A stretch of 64,000 nt of DNA from Gammaproteobacteria bacterium. Lineage in GTDB: Bacteria > Pseudomonadota > Gammaproteobacteria > Steroidobacterales > Steroidobacteraceae. Below are positions 18,213 to 29,843 of this stretch, one piece after another. How positions within the stretch are numbered: position 1 is the stretch's first letter; each line of letters opens with the position of its first letter. Position numbers and translations under genes: made by a program. The DNA lies in the NCBI GenBank assembly GCA_011391405.1, contig JAABQQ010000238.1, forward strand, positions 5,285 to 69,284, written 5' to 3'. The notes under the pieces are model-generated. The model saw nothing but the letters and a program-made list of their open reading frames with translations. It was not told the DNA's origin and searched no databases.

Positions 18213-18301
18213 CCTATTCCAGCTTGCTCTCGCACCGCAAAATCCACCAGACTCTGCAGCCTCGCGCCCGTTGGCGCAACCCATTGGAATAGCGAAAAAT
18301 A

Positions 18302-19672
18302 ATGTCCAGCACAGCAGTACCCGGCGTGCCCGACGGCACCTGGCTCGGCCACCCGAAAGGACTGTTCCTGCTCTTCGCGACGGAGATGTGGGAACGCTTC
18401 AGCTACTACGGCATGCGCGCATTGCTGGTGCTGTCGCTCGTGGCAGGCGTCGAGGTTGCGAACCCCGGTTTCGGCTGGACGCAGGCTGAAGCGCTCAAGC
18501 TGTACGGTCTCTTCACCGGCTTCGTCTACTTCACGCCGCTGATTGGCGGCTGGCTCGCCGACAACTACCTCGGCCAGCGCAAGTCAGTGATCATCGGCGG
18601 CCTGGTCATGGCCGCGGGTCAGTTCACGCTGGCAGCCGCGATTCCGGGCAACCTGCAGCTTTTCTACATCGGCCTGATCCTGCTCGTCCTCGGCAACGGC
18701 TTCTTCAAGCCGAACATCTCGACGATGGTCGGCGATCTGTACCCCGAAGGCGACGCCCGTCGCGACGGCGCGTTCACGATCTTCTACATGGGTATCAACG
18801 CGGGCGCGTTCCTGGCGCCGCTCATCTGCTCGACGCTCGGTGAGGATCCTGCCAGGGGTTGGGCGTACGGCTACTTCGCTGCCGGCGTCGGCATGATCCT
18901 GTCCGTCATCATCCAGCTGCTGCTGGCGCGCAAGTACCTCGGCGAGATCGGCGTGGTGCCGGCCGCGCGCCGGGCTGCGGCGCTCGCGGGCGGCGAGAAA
19001 AAACCGCTCACGCCGGACGAAGTCGATCGCCTGCGCGTGATCTTCATGCTGTTCGTGTTCATCGTGCTGTTCTGGGCCGCGTTCGAGCAGGCTGGTGGCC
19101 TCATGAACCTGTACGCCGCGGAGAAGACCGACCGCATGATTGGTACGTTCGAAGTGCCGGCGGGCTGGTTCCAGTCGCTGAACCCGCTCTTCATCGTGCT
19201 GCTGGCGCCGCTGTTCTCGGTTGCCTGGAGCAAGCTCGGCGAGATCGGCCGCAATCCCGCGACGCCGAAGAAAATGACGATGGGCCTGGTGCTGACTGGC
19301 ATCGGCTTTCTCGCGATGGTCGCCGCGGCGCTCGAGTCGCAGGGTGGCGACGCCAAGGCGAGCATGTGGTGGCTCGTGATCGCCTACTTCTTCCACACGA
19401 CAGGCGAACTCTGCATCTCGCCGGTCGGGCTCTCGATGGTCACGAAGCTCGCGCCACTGCGCCTCGCCTCGCTGATGATGGGCGTCTGGTTCCTCATCAA
19501 TTTTGTTGCGAACTGGCTGGCCGGCATCATCGGCTCATACGCCGAATCGCTCGGCGAGCTGTCGATCTTCGGCGGCCTGGCCGGGACGCTGTTCTTCTTT
19601 GCGATCGTGCTCTGGACGCTGTCCGGCACACTCGTGCGGTGGATGCACGGCGCCGAAGACATCAAGCACTGA
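18302..19672 (+). CDS. POT/PTR2 family peptide transporter (paralog 3, DtpT-like)
   Basis: WLGHPKGLFLLFATEMWERFSYYGMRALLVL signature and FYMGINAGAF motif. Confidence 0.88.
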   Translation: MSSTAVPGVPDGTWLGHPKGLFLLFATEMWERFSYYGMRALLVLSLVAGVEVANPGFGWTQAEALKLYGLFTGFVYFTPLIGGWLADNYLGQRKSVIIGGLVMAAGQFTLAAAIPGNLQLFYIGLILLVLGNGFFKPNISTMVGDLYPEGDARRDGAFTIFYMGINAGAFLAPLICSTLGEDPARGWAYGYFAAGVGMILSVIIQLLLARKYLGEIGVVPAARRAAALAGGEKKPLTPDEVDRLRVIFMLFVFIVLFWAAFEQAGGLMNLYAAEKTDRMIGTFEVPAGWFQSLNPLFIVLLAPLFSVAWSKLGEIGRNPATPKKMTMGLVLTGIGFLAMVAAALESQGGDAKASMWWLVIAYFFHTTGELCISPVGLSMVTKLAPLRLASLMMGVWFLINFVANWLAGIIGSYAESLGELSIFGGLAGTLFFFAIVLWTLSGTLVRWMHGAEDIKH

Positions 19673-19697
19673 TGGCACACGGCGGCGGAGCGGCTGC

Positions 19698-20477
19698 ATG
19701 AGACAAACCGAGGGAGCGGCGGCGCTCGCCCTGCTCGACCGGGAGCTGATCGACGCCGAGTCGCCGTCGCCGCTGTATTTCCAGCTGTATACGGTCCTGC
19801 ACGACGCCATTGTGAAGGGCGTGCTGCCGAACGAGTCGCGCATGCCGTCCGAGAAGGAACTCTCGGACGGATTCAACGTCTCGCGCATCACGGCGCGACG
19901 CACGCTGGTCGAGCTCGCCGCCAAAGGCCTCGTGGTCCGGCACCGGGGCAAGGGCACGTTCGTCAGTCACGCAGACCGCCCAGCGCCGATCGTCGCGCCG
20001 CTCGGCTCCAACGCAGAAAGCCTCGGCGACCTCGGCCGCGATACGACGCTCACGGTCCTGTTCAAGCGCATGGCGGTACCGCCGCCGGACCTGCAGACGG
20101 CATTCGGTCTCGGTGCAGGCGTCCGGGTATGTCAGCTCGTGCGGGTGCGCAGCGCCAGTGGCCGGCCATTCGCGCACTACGTCTCCTGGACGCCCAAGTT
20201 CTCGGCGTCGATGCCGAAGAAGGAATTCGAGGGTGCGAGCCGACTGACGCTGTTTGAACGCTACGGGCTCAAGATCGCGCGCATGGAGCGCTTCCTCAGC
20301 GCGGAAGGTGCGGCGCCCGACGTTGCCCGCGCACTCGACGTTCCGAGCGGCAAGCCGCTGCTCAAGCTCGTCCGCTTTTCCTACGACGCGCAAGGCCAGC
20401 TGCAGGATCACCTCGTGGCCCGCTACAACTCGGACCTCTTCAGTTACCGCGTCGAGACGAAGGTCGGCCTGGACTGA
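19698..20477 (+). CDS. GntR/HutC-family transcriptional regulator (winged HTH plus UTRA effector domain)
   Basis: PLYFQLYTVLHDAIVKGVLPNESRMPSEKELSDGFNVSRITARRTLVELAAKGLVVRHRGKGTFV is a canonical GntR HTH. GGAG SD precedes the ATG at 19698. Confidence 0.85.
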   Translation: MRQTEGAAALALLDRELIDAESPSPLYFQLYTVLHDAIVKGVLPNESRMPSEKELSDGFNVSRITARRTLVELAAKGLVVRHRGKGTFVSHADRPAPIVAPLGSNAESLGDLGRDTTLTVLFKRMAVPPPDLQTAFGLGAGVRVCQLVRVRSASGRPFAHYVSWTPKFSASMPKKEFEGASRLTLFERYGLKIARMERFLSAEGAAPDVARALDVPSGKPLLKLVRFSYDAQGQLQDHLVARYNSDLFSYRVETKVGLD

Positions 20478-20500
20478 GTCAGACGTTTCCGGAGACCGCA

Positions 20501-22345
20501 ATGACCTCGACCCGCACCGGTGGCATCGCCCCGCGTTCCCTGCCCTGTAAGCTGCGCAGCCGCCTGGCTGCGGGCGTAGCCATCGCGCTCTGCACGCTCG
20601 CGCCGCTCGGCGTCGCCTCGGCCGAAACCGCCGACGAGTTCGTCGCGCGACTCAACAGGGAATTCGCCGACATCTACCGCGAGCTCAATGCCGCCGGCTG
20701 GACGCAGGCGACCTACATCACGGTCGACACGCAGTGGCTTAGCGCGCGAGCCAACGAGCGCTTCCTCGCCGCCTTCAGCAAGGCGGTCGAGGAATCGAAG
20801 CAGTTCGACGGCAAGCCGATGAGCGCCGCATCGCGCCGCGCCATTGACCTGTTACGGCAGGGAGTGTCTGCGCCGGCGCCGGATGACCCCGCCAAGCGCG
20901 CCGAACTCGCGACGATCATGGCGGGCATGGAGGCGAAGTACGGCGAGGCCAGGTACTGCAAGGATGACGGCAAGGAGTGCCGCGACGAAGTGCAGCTGAA
21001 GACGGTACTCGAGGAAAGCCGCAACTACGACGAGCTGCTCGACGCCTGGAAGGGCTGGCACGACCAGGCCCGCGGGCTGCGCGCTGACTATGTGCGCTTC
21101 ACTGAACTGGCGAACGAAGGCGCGCGCACGCTGGGCCACAAGGACCTGGGCGCAATGTGGCGCTCGGGTTACGACATGCCCGCTGACGACTTCACCAGGG
21201 AAGCTGCACGCCTCTACCGGCAGGTCGAGCCGCTCTACAAGGACCTGCAGTGCTACGCGCGCGGCAAGCTCGCGGCGACGTACGGCGAGGACAAGGTGCC
21301 GGCGGGCAAGCCGATCCCGGCGCACCTGTTCGGCAACATGTGGGCCCAGCAATGGGATGCCGCCTATGACATTTTCGAACCGTATCCCGGCGTGAGCCCG
21401 CTCGACGTGGACTCCGCGCTCGTCGCGCAGAAATACGACTCGGTGCGCATGGCGAAATCAGCCGAGGCGTTCTACCAGTCGATCGCGTTCCCGGCGTTGC
21501 CGGCGACGTTCTGGGAACGCTCGATGCTGTCGCAGCCGCGTGACCGCAACGTGCAATGCCACGCGAGCGCCTGGCACATGGATGGCAAGGACGACGTGCG
21601 CATCAAGATGTGCACGCGACCGACGCTCGAGGAGCTGAAGACCCTCTATCACGAGATGGGTCACGTCTATTACTTCCTCGGGTACAAGGACCAGCCGGTC
21701 ATGTTCCAGAACGGCGCGCATGACGGCTTCCACGAAGCCATCGGCGACACGATCACGCTGTCGATGACGCCCGCGTACCTCGCGCAGATCGGCCTGCTGC
21801 CCGAATCGAAGCCCGGCAAGGAAGCAGTCATCAACCAGCAGATGAAGATGGCGCTGGAGAAGATCGCGTTCCTGCCGTTCGGCAAGATGATCGACGAGTG
21901 GCGCTGGCAGGTGTTCTCGGGCCAGGTGCAGCCGGAGAATTACAATGCAGCGTGGTGGGCGCTGCGCGAGAAGTACCAGGGCATCCGCCCGCCGATCGAG
22001 CGCACCGAAGCCGACTTCGACCCGGGTGCGAAGTACCACATCCCCGGCAATACGCCGTACACGCGCTACTTCCTGTCGTTCATCATGCAGTTCCAGTTCC
22101 AGAAAGCGCTTTGCGCAGCGGCTGGATTCAAGGGCCCGCTGTCGGAGTGCTCGATCTTCGGCGACGAGGAAGCGGGCAGGAAGTTCGGCGCGATGCTCGC
22201 CAAGGGCGCAAGCCAGCCGTGGCAGGACACGCTGTACGAGCTGACGGGCACGCGGCAGATGGACGGCTCGGCGATCATCGAATACTTCAAGCCGTTGCAG
22301 GACTGGCTCAAGCAACAGAACAAGGGTGAGACCTGCGGCTGGTAG
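20501..22345 (+). CDS. Secreted M2-family zinc metallopeptidase (peptidyl-dipeptidase A / angiotensin-converting-enzyme-like)
   Basis: Signal peptide ending ASA/E. HEMGH zinc motif followed about 24 residues later by HEAIGD (the third zinc-ligand Glu), as in the ACE family. 614 aa. Confidence 0.85.
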   Translation: MTSTRTGGIAPRSLPCKLRSRLAAGVAIALCTLAPLGVASAETADEFVARLNREFADIYRELNAAGWTQATYITVDTQWLSARANERFLAAFSKAVEESKQFDGKPMSAASRRAIDLLRQGVSAPAPDDPAKRAELATIMAGMEAKYGEARYCKDDGKECRDEVQLKTVLEESRNYDELLDAWKGWHDQARGLRADYVRFTELANEGARTLGHKDLGAMWRSGYDMPADDFTREAARLYRQVEPLYKDLQCYARGKLAATYGEDKVPAGKPIPAHLFGNMWAQQWDAAYDIFEPYPGVSPLDVDSALVAQKYDSVRMAKSAEAFYQSIAFPALPATFWERSMLSQPRDRNVQCHASAWHMDGKDDVRIKMCTRPTLEELKTLYHEMGHVYYFLGYKDQPVMFQNGAHDGFHEAIGDTITLSMTPAYLAQIGLLPESKPGKEAVINQQMKMALEKIAFLPFGKMIDEWRWQVFSGQVQPENYNAAWWALREKYQGIRPPIERTEADFDPGAKYHIPGNTPYTRYFLSFIMQFQFQKALCAAAGFKGPLSECSIFGDEEAGRKFGAMLAKGASQPWQDTLYELTGTRQMDGSAIIEYFKPLQDWLKQQNKGETCGW

Positions 22346-22482
22346 CAGCCCATCTTCGGCAATTCCACCGCCAGGTAGGCATTTCCGCTGAGGCTGCGGG
22401 GCCGCGGGTTGCGCTTTCTTCCAGTACATTCGATCCAGTTACAGCGACGGAGCAGCTGGACGCGGCACGTCCCTGGCACCGG

Positions 22483-23190
22483 ATGCGGATCGACCGATAC
22501 GTTCACGACGAACGCCTGACGTGGGGCGCCGCGTCGGTATTGCTCGTCGTCACGGCACTGCATGCCGCCGGCATCGGGCGGCTCCTGCTGACCCAGCTCG
22601 AACCCCAGCAGGACGAGTTGCCACCGCCCGTCTTCCAGGTGAGCCTGCTCAAGCTGCCGCCGCCGCGCCTGCCACCCGAAGCGCAGCAGGCGCCGGACAC
22701 CTCGGCCAACGCGGTCAAGCAGGAACGGCCCAGGGTGACGCGCCCGGTGCCGATCCTCGTGGACACGCCCACCACGGATCCGGTCCCGCCCGACACGCAG
22801 GTCAAGCGTTACGAAATGGGTGACGAACTGCTGCCCGGCGAGCCTGGCCCGGCGATGCCCGAGGGAACGGTGGACGGCGACTCGAACGCGGCCGCCCCCG
22901 TCGAGCAGACCCCCGTGTACTGGAAGATGAAGCTGCTCGACATGAAGCCGCCGATCTACCCGCCGCGCTGTCTGCGTATGGGGATCGAAGGCACGGTGCG
23001 CCTGCGGGTGCTCGTCGGTGAGGATGGGCGGCCCCAGGACGCGGCAGTTCGCACCAGCAGCGGCGACGCGGGCCTCGACCAGGCGGCGCTCGATGCCGTG
23101 CGCGAATGGCGGTTCGAGCCGGCGAAGCGCGACGGCGTGCCAATGCGCGCCTGGTGCATCGTCCCCATCACGTTCTCGTTGGACGACTGA
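22483..23190 (+). CDS. tonB: Energy transducer TonB
   Basis: N-terminal TM anchor, a Pro-rich spacer, and a C-terminal TonB domain (YPPRCLRMGIEGTVRLRVLVGEDG...AALDAVREWRFEPA). Confidence 0.85.
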   Translation: MRIDRYVHDERLTWGAASVLLVVTALHAAGIGRLLLTQLEPQQDELPPPVFQVSLLKLPPPRLPPEAQQAPDTSANAVKQERPRVTRPVPILVDTPTTDPVPPDTQVKRYEMGDELLPGEPGPAMPEGTVDGDSNAAAPVEQTPVYWKMKLLDMKPPIYPPRCLRMGIEGTVRLRVLVGEDGRPQDAAVRTSSGDAGLDQAALDAVREWRFEPAKRDGVPMRAWCIVPITFSLDD

Positions 23191-23205
23191 CCACAGGATC
23201 CAGCC

Positions 23206-23949
23206 ATGCATCCCACCGAAGCCCTGACCACGATGAGTTTCGCCAACTTCCTGCAACAGACGGACGCCGTCGGGCTGTTCGTCTTCGGGCTGCTGGTCCT
23301 GATGTCGATCGTCTCGTGGTACTTCATCGTCCTGAAGGCTGCGCGAGTCGTCCGGATCCGCACGCGCTCGCACCACGTCGTGACGACGTTCTGGAAGACG
23401 CCGACCGACCAGGCACTCGGTTTCCTCGAGCAACAGCCCGAGTGGGAGCCGTTCTCCAAGATTGCGCTCGACGGCGAATTCGCCATGGAGCATCACGATC
23501 GCCTCACCGAAGAACGCGTCGCGGGCACGCTGCACCGGGCCGAGTTCCTCGATCGCTCGCTGCGCTCCTCGATCAACCGCGAGACGGAGCGCCTGGAAAC
23601 GGGTCTCACGTTCCTGGCGACCGTCGGCAGCACGGCTCCGTTCATCGGCCTGTTCGGCACGGTGTGGGGCATCTTCCACGCGCTGGTGCGCATCGGCGCG
23701 TCCGGCGAGACCTCGCTCGACCAGGTGGCGGGACCCGTGGGCGAAGCACTGATCATGACTGCGCTCGGCCTCGCCGTCGCGGTGCCCGCAGTGCTCGGCT
23801 ACAACCTGGTGGTGCGCAACAACCGCGTGATCATCGCGAGCTTCCACGCGTTCGCCGAGGACCTGCTCGCCTACCTCACGACCGGCGCGCGCGTTCCCTC
23901 CTCCATGGACCACCATCGCGCTCATCGCCTGCAGCAGCAGGCGACCTGA
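23206..23949 (+). CDS. exbB: MotA/TolQ/ExbB proton-channel protein
   Basis: LATVGSTAPFIGLFGTVWGI and GEALIMTALGLAVAVPAV motifs. Located between tonB and exbD. Confidence 0.88.
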   Translation: MHPTEALTTMSFANFLQQTDAVGLFVFGLLVLMSIVSWYFIVLKAARVVRIRTRSHHVVTTFWKTPTDQALGFLEQQPEWEPFSKIALDGEFAMEHHDRLTEERVAGTLHRAEFLDRSLRSSINRETERLETGLTFLATVGSTAPFIGLFGTVWGIFHALVRIGASGETSLDQVAGPVGEALIMTALGLAVAVPAVLGYNLVVRNNRVIIASFHAFAEDLLAYLTTGARVPSSMDHHRAHRLQQQAT

Positions 23950-23971
23950 CGCTCACCTACGGGAGACGGCC

Positions 23972-24409
<438 letters not shown>

Positions 24410-24429
24410 CGGCCCGCGAGGAGTGACCG

Positions 24430-25002
24430 ATGGCGCTCACCGTGACGCTCGAGTTTACGGAGGAGGAGCTCGACTACTTCCGCTCCCGCATGCATCGCGT
24501 GCGGAATCGGAATGAGCAGCGTCCGCCGCACGGGATCGCCGCCGCAGCCCTGGCTGCAGTGGAGCGTTTGCGCGCGACGGCGCGTTCCCCGTTCATCCGG
24601 CGCCGAATCGACCGCGTCGCACGCCTGGTGGCCATGCTGGACGACCCGGAGTGGCAGTTGCCCGGGCTCGAGCGGGGCCGCGTACTGGACGGCCTTGCCT
24701 ATGTCGCCGACGTCGAGGACCTCGTGCCGGACGATGTGCCGGTGCTTGGCCTCGTCGACGACGCGATCATGCTGGAACTGCTGTTGCGCGAACTGCAGCA
24801 CGAACTCGACGCCTACGAGGAGTTCGATCAGTATCGTTGCGACGAAGCGGCGCGGCGCGACAAACCCGGCGTGCACCGCCCGGTATCGCGCGAGGACTGG
24901 CTCGCGTCACGGCGCGAGGCACTGCACGCAAGGATCCGGGAGCGACGCGATCGCGACCTCGCACGGGACGGCGAGGCGTACCGGTTGATCACGCGCTTCT
25001 AA
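24430..25002 (+). CDS. DUF1232 (YkvA-like) domain protein
   Basis: The LVPDDVPVLGLVDDAIMLELL segment matches the DUF1232 IPD-IP-G-DD pattern. The rest is charged and helical. Confidence 0.5.
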   Translation: MALTVTLEFTEEELDYFRSRMHRVRNRNEQRPPHGIAAAALAAVERLRATARSPFIRRRIDRVARLVAMLDDPEWQLPGLERGRVLDGLAYVADVEDLVPDDVPVLGLVDDAIMLELLLRELQHELDAYEEFDQYRCDEAARRDKPGVHRPVSREDWLASRREALHARIRERRDRDLARDGEAYRLITRF

Positions 25003-25017
25003 CGGCGGGCACCCTCG

Positions 25018-26658
<1,641 letters not shown>

Positions 26659-26888
26659 TCGGACGACGCAGGCCGTCAATTCCGGGTCGGTGAATAGGCC
26701 GCGTCGGCACGACGTCCTCGGCCTGCAACCAGCGATACTTCGCGATGTAACCGTGCCTGCCACGCGACAACACGAGCTCGCGCCGACCCTCTTCCGCCAC
26801 TCGACCCAGCAGCGGGTGATCCGCAAGAACCTCGAATGCCGCCCGTACGCTCGAGAGCTGCGTCAGCGCCCGCGTGGGTCGCGCTGCC

Positions 26889-27674
26889 TCAGATCCGCAT
26901 CATGCGCGCATAGATCGGCGCGACCCAGGAGCCGAACAGCCGCACCGCGTAGTGCGACATCCTGGCGTCGAAACCCACCCGCCAGTGCGCGCGCCGGCCA
27001 TGCACCGCTTTCCACACTATCGCCGCAACGTCTTCCGGTTGCGCCTTGACGCCCATCGTCTCGATCGACGCCGCCTGCCATTCCGCGTTGCGCACCATGC
27101 CGGTGTCGACGTACGCCACGTAGATGCCGCAGACGTTGATGCCCTGCCGGCGATATTCGATGTCGAGCGCCTCGGTATACCCGCGCACGAAGAACTTGGT
27201 GGCGCTGTAGACCGCGTGATGCGGCGAGCCGTACTCGGCCGAGGTCGACGCCATGGCGATCATGTGCGTGCCAGGCGCGGCGCGCCTGAGGTGCGGCAGC
27301 GCCGCGTCGAACGTGTGCAGCACGCCCTTGACGTTGACGTCGACCTGCAGGTCCTTCTGTGCGGGCGTCACCTGTGCATCAGGGGCCATGAAGAGGACGC
27401 CGGCGTTGGCGAAGACGGCACCGAGCTTGCCACCGCAGCGTGCGGCGAAATCATCGATCGCACGCGCGACGGCAGCACGATCTCGCACATCCGCCACGTA
27501 AGGCGTGAAGCGCTCGCGTCCGATCGCGTCCGCCAGCGACTCGATCACCGCCGTGCTCAGGTCGCAGCCACCGACGTGCCAGCCCTTCGAGGCGAAAAGC
27601 CGGGCCGTGGCAGCGCCGATGCCGCCCCCGGCGCCGGTGATGAAGATGGATGCGCTCGCGGTTGGAGAGGTCAT
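26889..27674 (-). CDS. Short-chain dehydrogenase/reductase (classical SDR)
   Basis: IFITGAGGGIGAATA (TGxxxGxG), NAG and the YSATK catalytic motif. Confidence 0.85.
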   Translation of the reverse strand: MTSPTASASIFITGAGGGIGAATARLFASKGWHVGGCDLSTAVIESLADAIGRERFTPYVADVRDRAAVARAIDDFAARCGGKLGAVFANAGVLFMAPDAQVTPAQKDLQVDVNVKGVLHTFDAALPHLRRAAPGTHMIAMASTSAEYGSPHHAVYSATKFFVRGYTEALDIEYRRQGINVCGIYVAYVDTGMVRNAEWQAASIETMGVKAQPEDVAAIVWKAVHGRRAHWRVGFDARMSHYAVRLFGSWVAPIYARMMRI

Positions 27675-27866
27675 GTATCACGCTCGGTGGGGTAACGACG
27701 CGGGAGGCAACAGGGCTGCCCGGACCCGACCATGCGATCGTGCCGGACCTGCCGCATTCCAGCCAGAGCCGCCATCGGAAAATTCGATTCGGCCCGACCC
27801 GATCGCAGCATTGCTTTTGCCGCGGCCGGCCTCTCTAATGCCGCAACTCACCCGCCGGACGCATTC

Positions 27867-29795
27867 ATGATCAACGATCAGGCCCCCGCGCAACTGACGC
27901 CCCGCGCGATCATCCTCGCCATCGTCCTGGCTGTCCTGCTCGCCGCCGCCAACACGTACCTCGGGCTCTTCGCCGGGCTCACCATCGCGTCGGCCATTCC
28001 TGCGGCCGTGGTGTCGATGGCCGTCCTGCGGGTGCTCGGCGGCAGCACCATCCTCGAGAACAACATCGTGCAGACCGGCGCGTCGGCGGGCTCGTCGATC
28101 GCCTCGGGCGTGATCTTCACGATCCCGGCGCTCGTCATCCTCGGGCACTGGACCGATTTCCGTTACACCTGGGTGCTCGCGATCGCCGGTCTCGGCGGCA
28201 TCCTCGGCGTGTTCTTTTCGGTACCGCTGCGGCGCTCGCTGATCGTCGAGCAGAACCTCAGGTTTCCCGAGGGCGTGGCGGCCGCTGAAGTGCTCAAGGC
28301 GGGCGACAACCCGGCGCAAGGCGTGAAACTGCTCGGGCTGGCCGCGCTCGGCGGTGGCCTCGCCAAGCTCGCGGCCGGCAGCGGCCTGCGCATGATCCCC
28401 GATACCGCGGCAGCCAGCGGCTTCTTCGGCAAGTGGCTCGCGTACTTCGGCACCAACCTCTCCCCCGCGCTGCTCGGCGTCGGCTACATCGTGGGCCTCA
28501 ACATCGGCGCGCTCGCCCTCATCGGCGGCATGATTTCGTGGAGCGTCGCGATCCCCATCTACGCCGCCTGGTTCCTGCAGGACAACGCGCCGCTGGCGCA
28601 GCAGCTCGCGGGCGCGGATGCCGAGACGATGGCCAACACCATCTGGTCGGCGCAGGTCCGTTACCTCGGCGTGGGCGCGATGCTCGTCGGCGGCATGTGG
28701 GCGCTGGTGTCGATCCGCAGCTCGCTCGCCTCGGGCATTCGCAGCGGCCTCGAGGCCACGCGGGCCGGCGCGACGCGGGCCGCCTCGCACACCGAGCAGG
28801 ACCTGCCGATGAAGGCGATTCTGATCGGCCTCGTGCTGTTCACGATTCCGCTCTTTGTCCTCTACCAGCTCATCGTCGACAACATCGGCATCAGCCTCGT
28901 GATGACGGTGATCATGATCGTCGCGGGCTTCGTGTTCACGTCGGTCTCGGCGTACATGGCGGGCCTCGTCGGCTCGTCGAACAATCCCGTCTCGGGCATC
29001 ACCATCTGCACGATCCTGTTTGCATCGCTGCTGCTGGTCGTGCTGATGGGGCGCGGCGCGGCGCTCGGGCCCGTGGCCGCAATCATGATCGGCTCGGTCG
29101 TGTGCTGCGCGGCCTGCATCGGCGGCGACAACCTGCAGGACCTGAAGGCCGGACAACTCGTCGGTGCCACGCCCTGGCGGCAACAGGTGATGCTGGCAAT
29201 CGGCGCTGCAAGCTGCGCACTCGTGATGGCGCCCGTCCTCAACCTGCTGCTCAAGGCCTACGGCATCGGCGCGCCCACGGCCGAGCATCCGAACGCGCTC
29301 ATCGCCCCGCAAGCCACGCTGATGGCTTCCGTCGCCAAGGGCATGTTCGGCGGCGAACTGCCGTGGGGCATGATTTCGATCGGCGCGCTGATCGGCGTCG
29401 GCATCATCCTCGTCGACGAATACCTCAAGCGGGTCAAGGCGCCGTTTCGCGCACCCGTGCTCGCCGTGGCGGTGGGCATCTACCTGCCGCTCGAACTCTC
29501 GGTGCCGATCTTCTGCGGCGGCCTGATCGCATACCTCGTCGAGCGCAGGTTAGGGCTCAGCGGCGACTCGCCGCAGGCGGAGCGCGCAAAGCAGAATGGG
29601 ATCCTGTTCGCGGCCGGACTGATCACGGGCGAAGCGTTGATGGGCATCTTCATCGCCATCCCGATCGTGATGTCGGGCCGCGCGGATGTCATGGCTCTCG
29701 GGTCGGGGCTGCAGTTCGGCGAAGGGCTCGGCCTCGCCGTCGTCGCAGGGCTTGCGTTCTGGCTGTACCGCGTCGGCGTCAGTCGAGCCGCATGA
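27867..29795 (+). CDS. OPT-superfamily oligopeptide transporter
   Basis: About 640-aa polytopic protein. N-terminal LTPRAIILAIVLAVLLAAANTYLGLFAGLTIASAIPAAV is typical of bacterial OPT proteins. ATG at 27867 chosen within ORF 27732..29795. Confidence 0.8.
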   Translation: MINDQAPAQLTPRAIILAIVLAVLLAAANTYLGLFAGLTIASAIPAAVVSMAVLRVLGGSTILENNIVQTGASAGSSIASGVIFTIPALVILGHWTDFRYTWVLAIAGLGGILGVFFSVPLRRSLIVEQNLRFPEGVAAAEVLKAGDNPAQGVKLLGLAALGGGLAKLAAGSGLRMIPDTAAASGFFGKWLAYFGTNLSPALLGVGYIVGLNIGALALIGGMISWSVAIPIYAAWFLQDNAPLAQQLAGADAETMANTIWSAQVRYLGVGAMLVGGMWALVSIRSSLASGIRSGLEATRAGATRAASHTEQDLPMKAILIGLVLFTIPLFVLYQLIVDNIGISLVMTVIMIVAGFVFTSVSAYMAGLVGSSNNPVSGITICTILFASLLLVVLMGRGAALGPVAAIMIGSVVCCAACIGGDNLQDLKAGQLVGATPWRQQVMLAIGAASCALVMAPVLNLLLKAYGIGAPTAEHPNALIAPQATLMASVAKGMFGGELPWGMISIGALIGVGIILVDEYLKRVKAPFRAPVLAVAVGIYLPLELSVPIFCGGLIAYLVERRLGLSGDSPQAERAKQNGILFAAGLITGEALMGIFIAIPIVMSGRADVMALGSGLQFGEGLGLAVVAGLAFWLYRVGVSRAA

Positions 29796-29843
29796 ATTCA
29801 CACGGATGGTGAGACGACGCGAAGCCCGGCGACGGCCCGGGCG

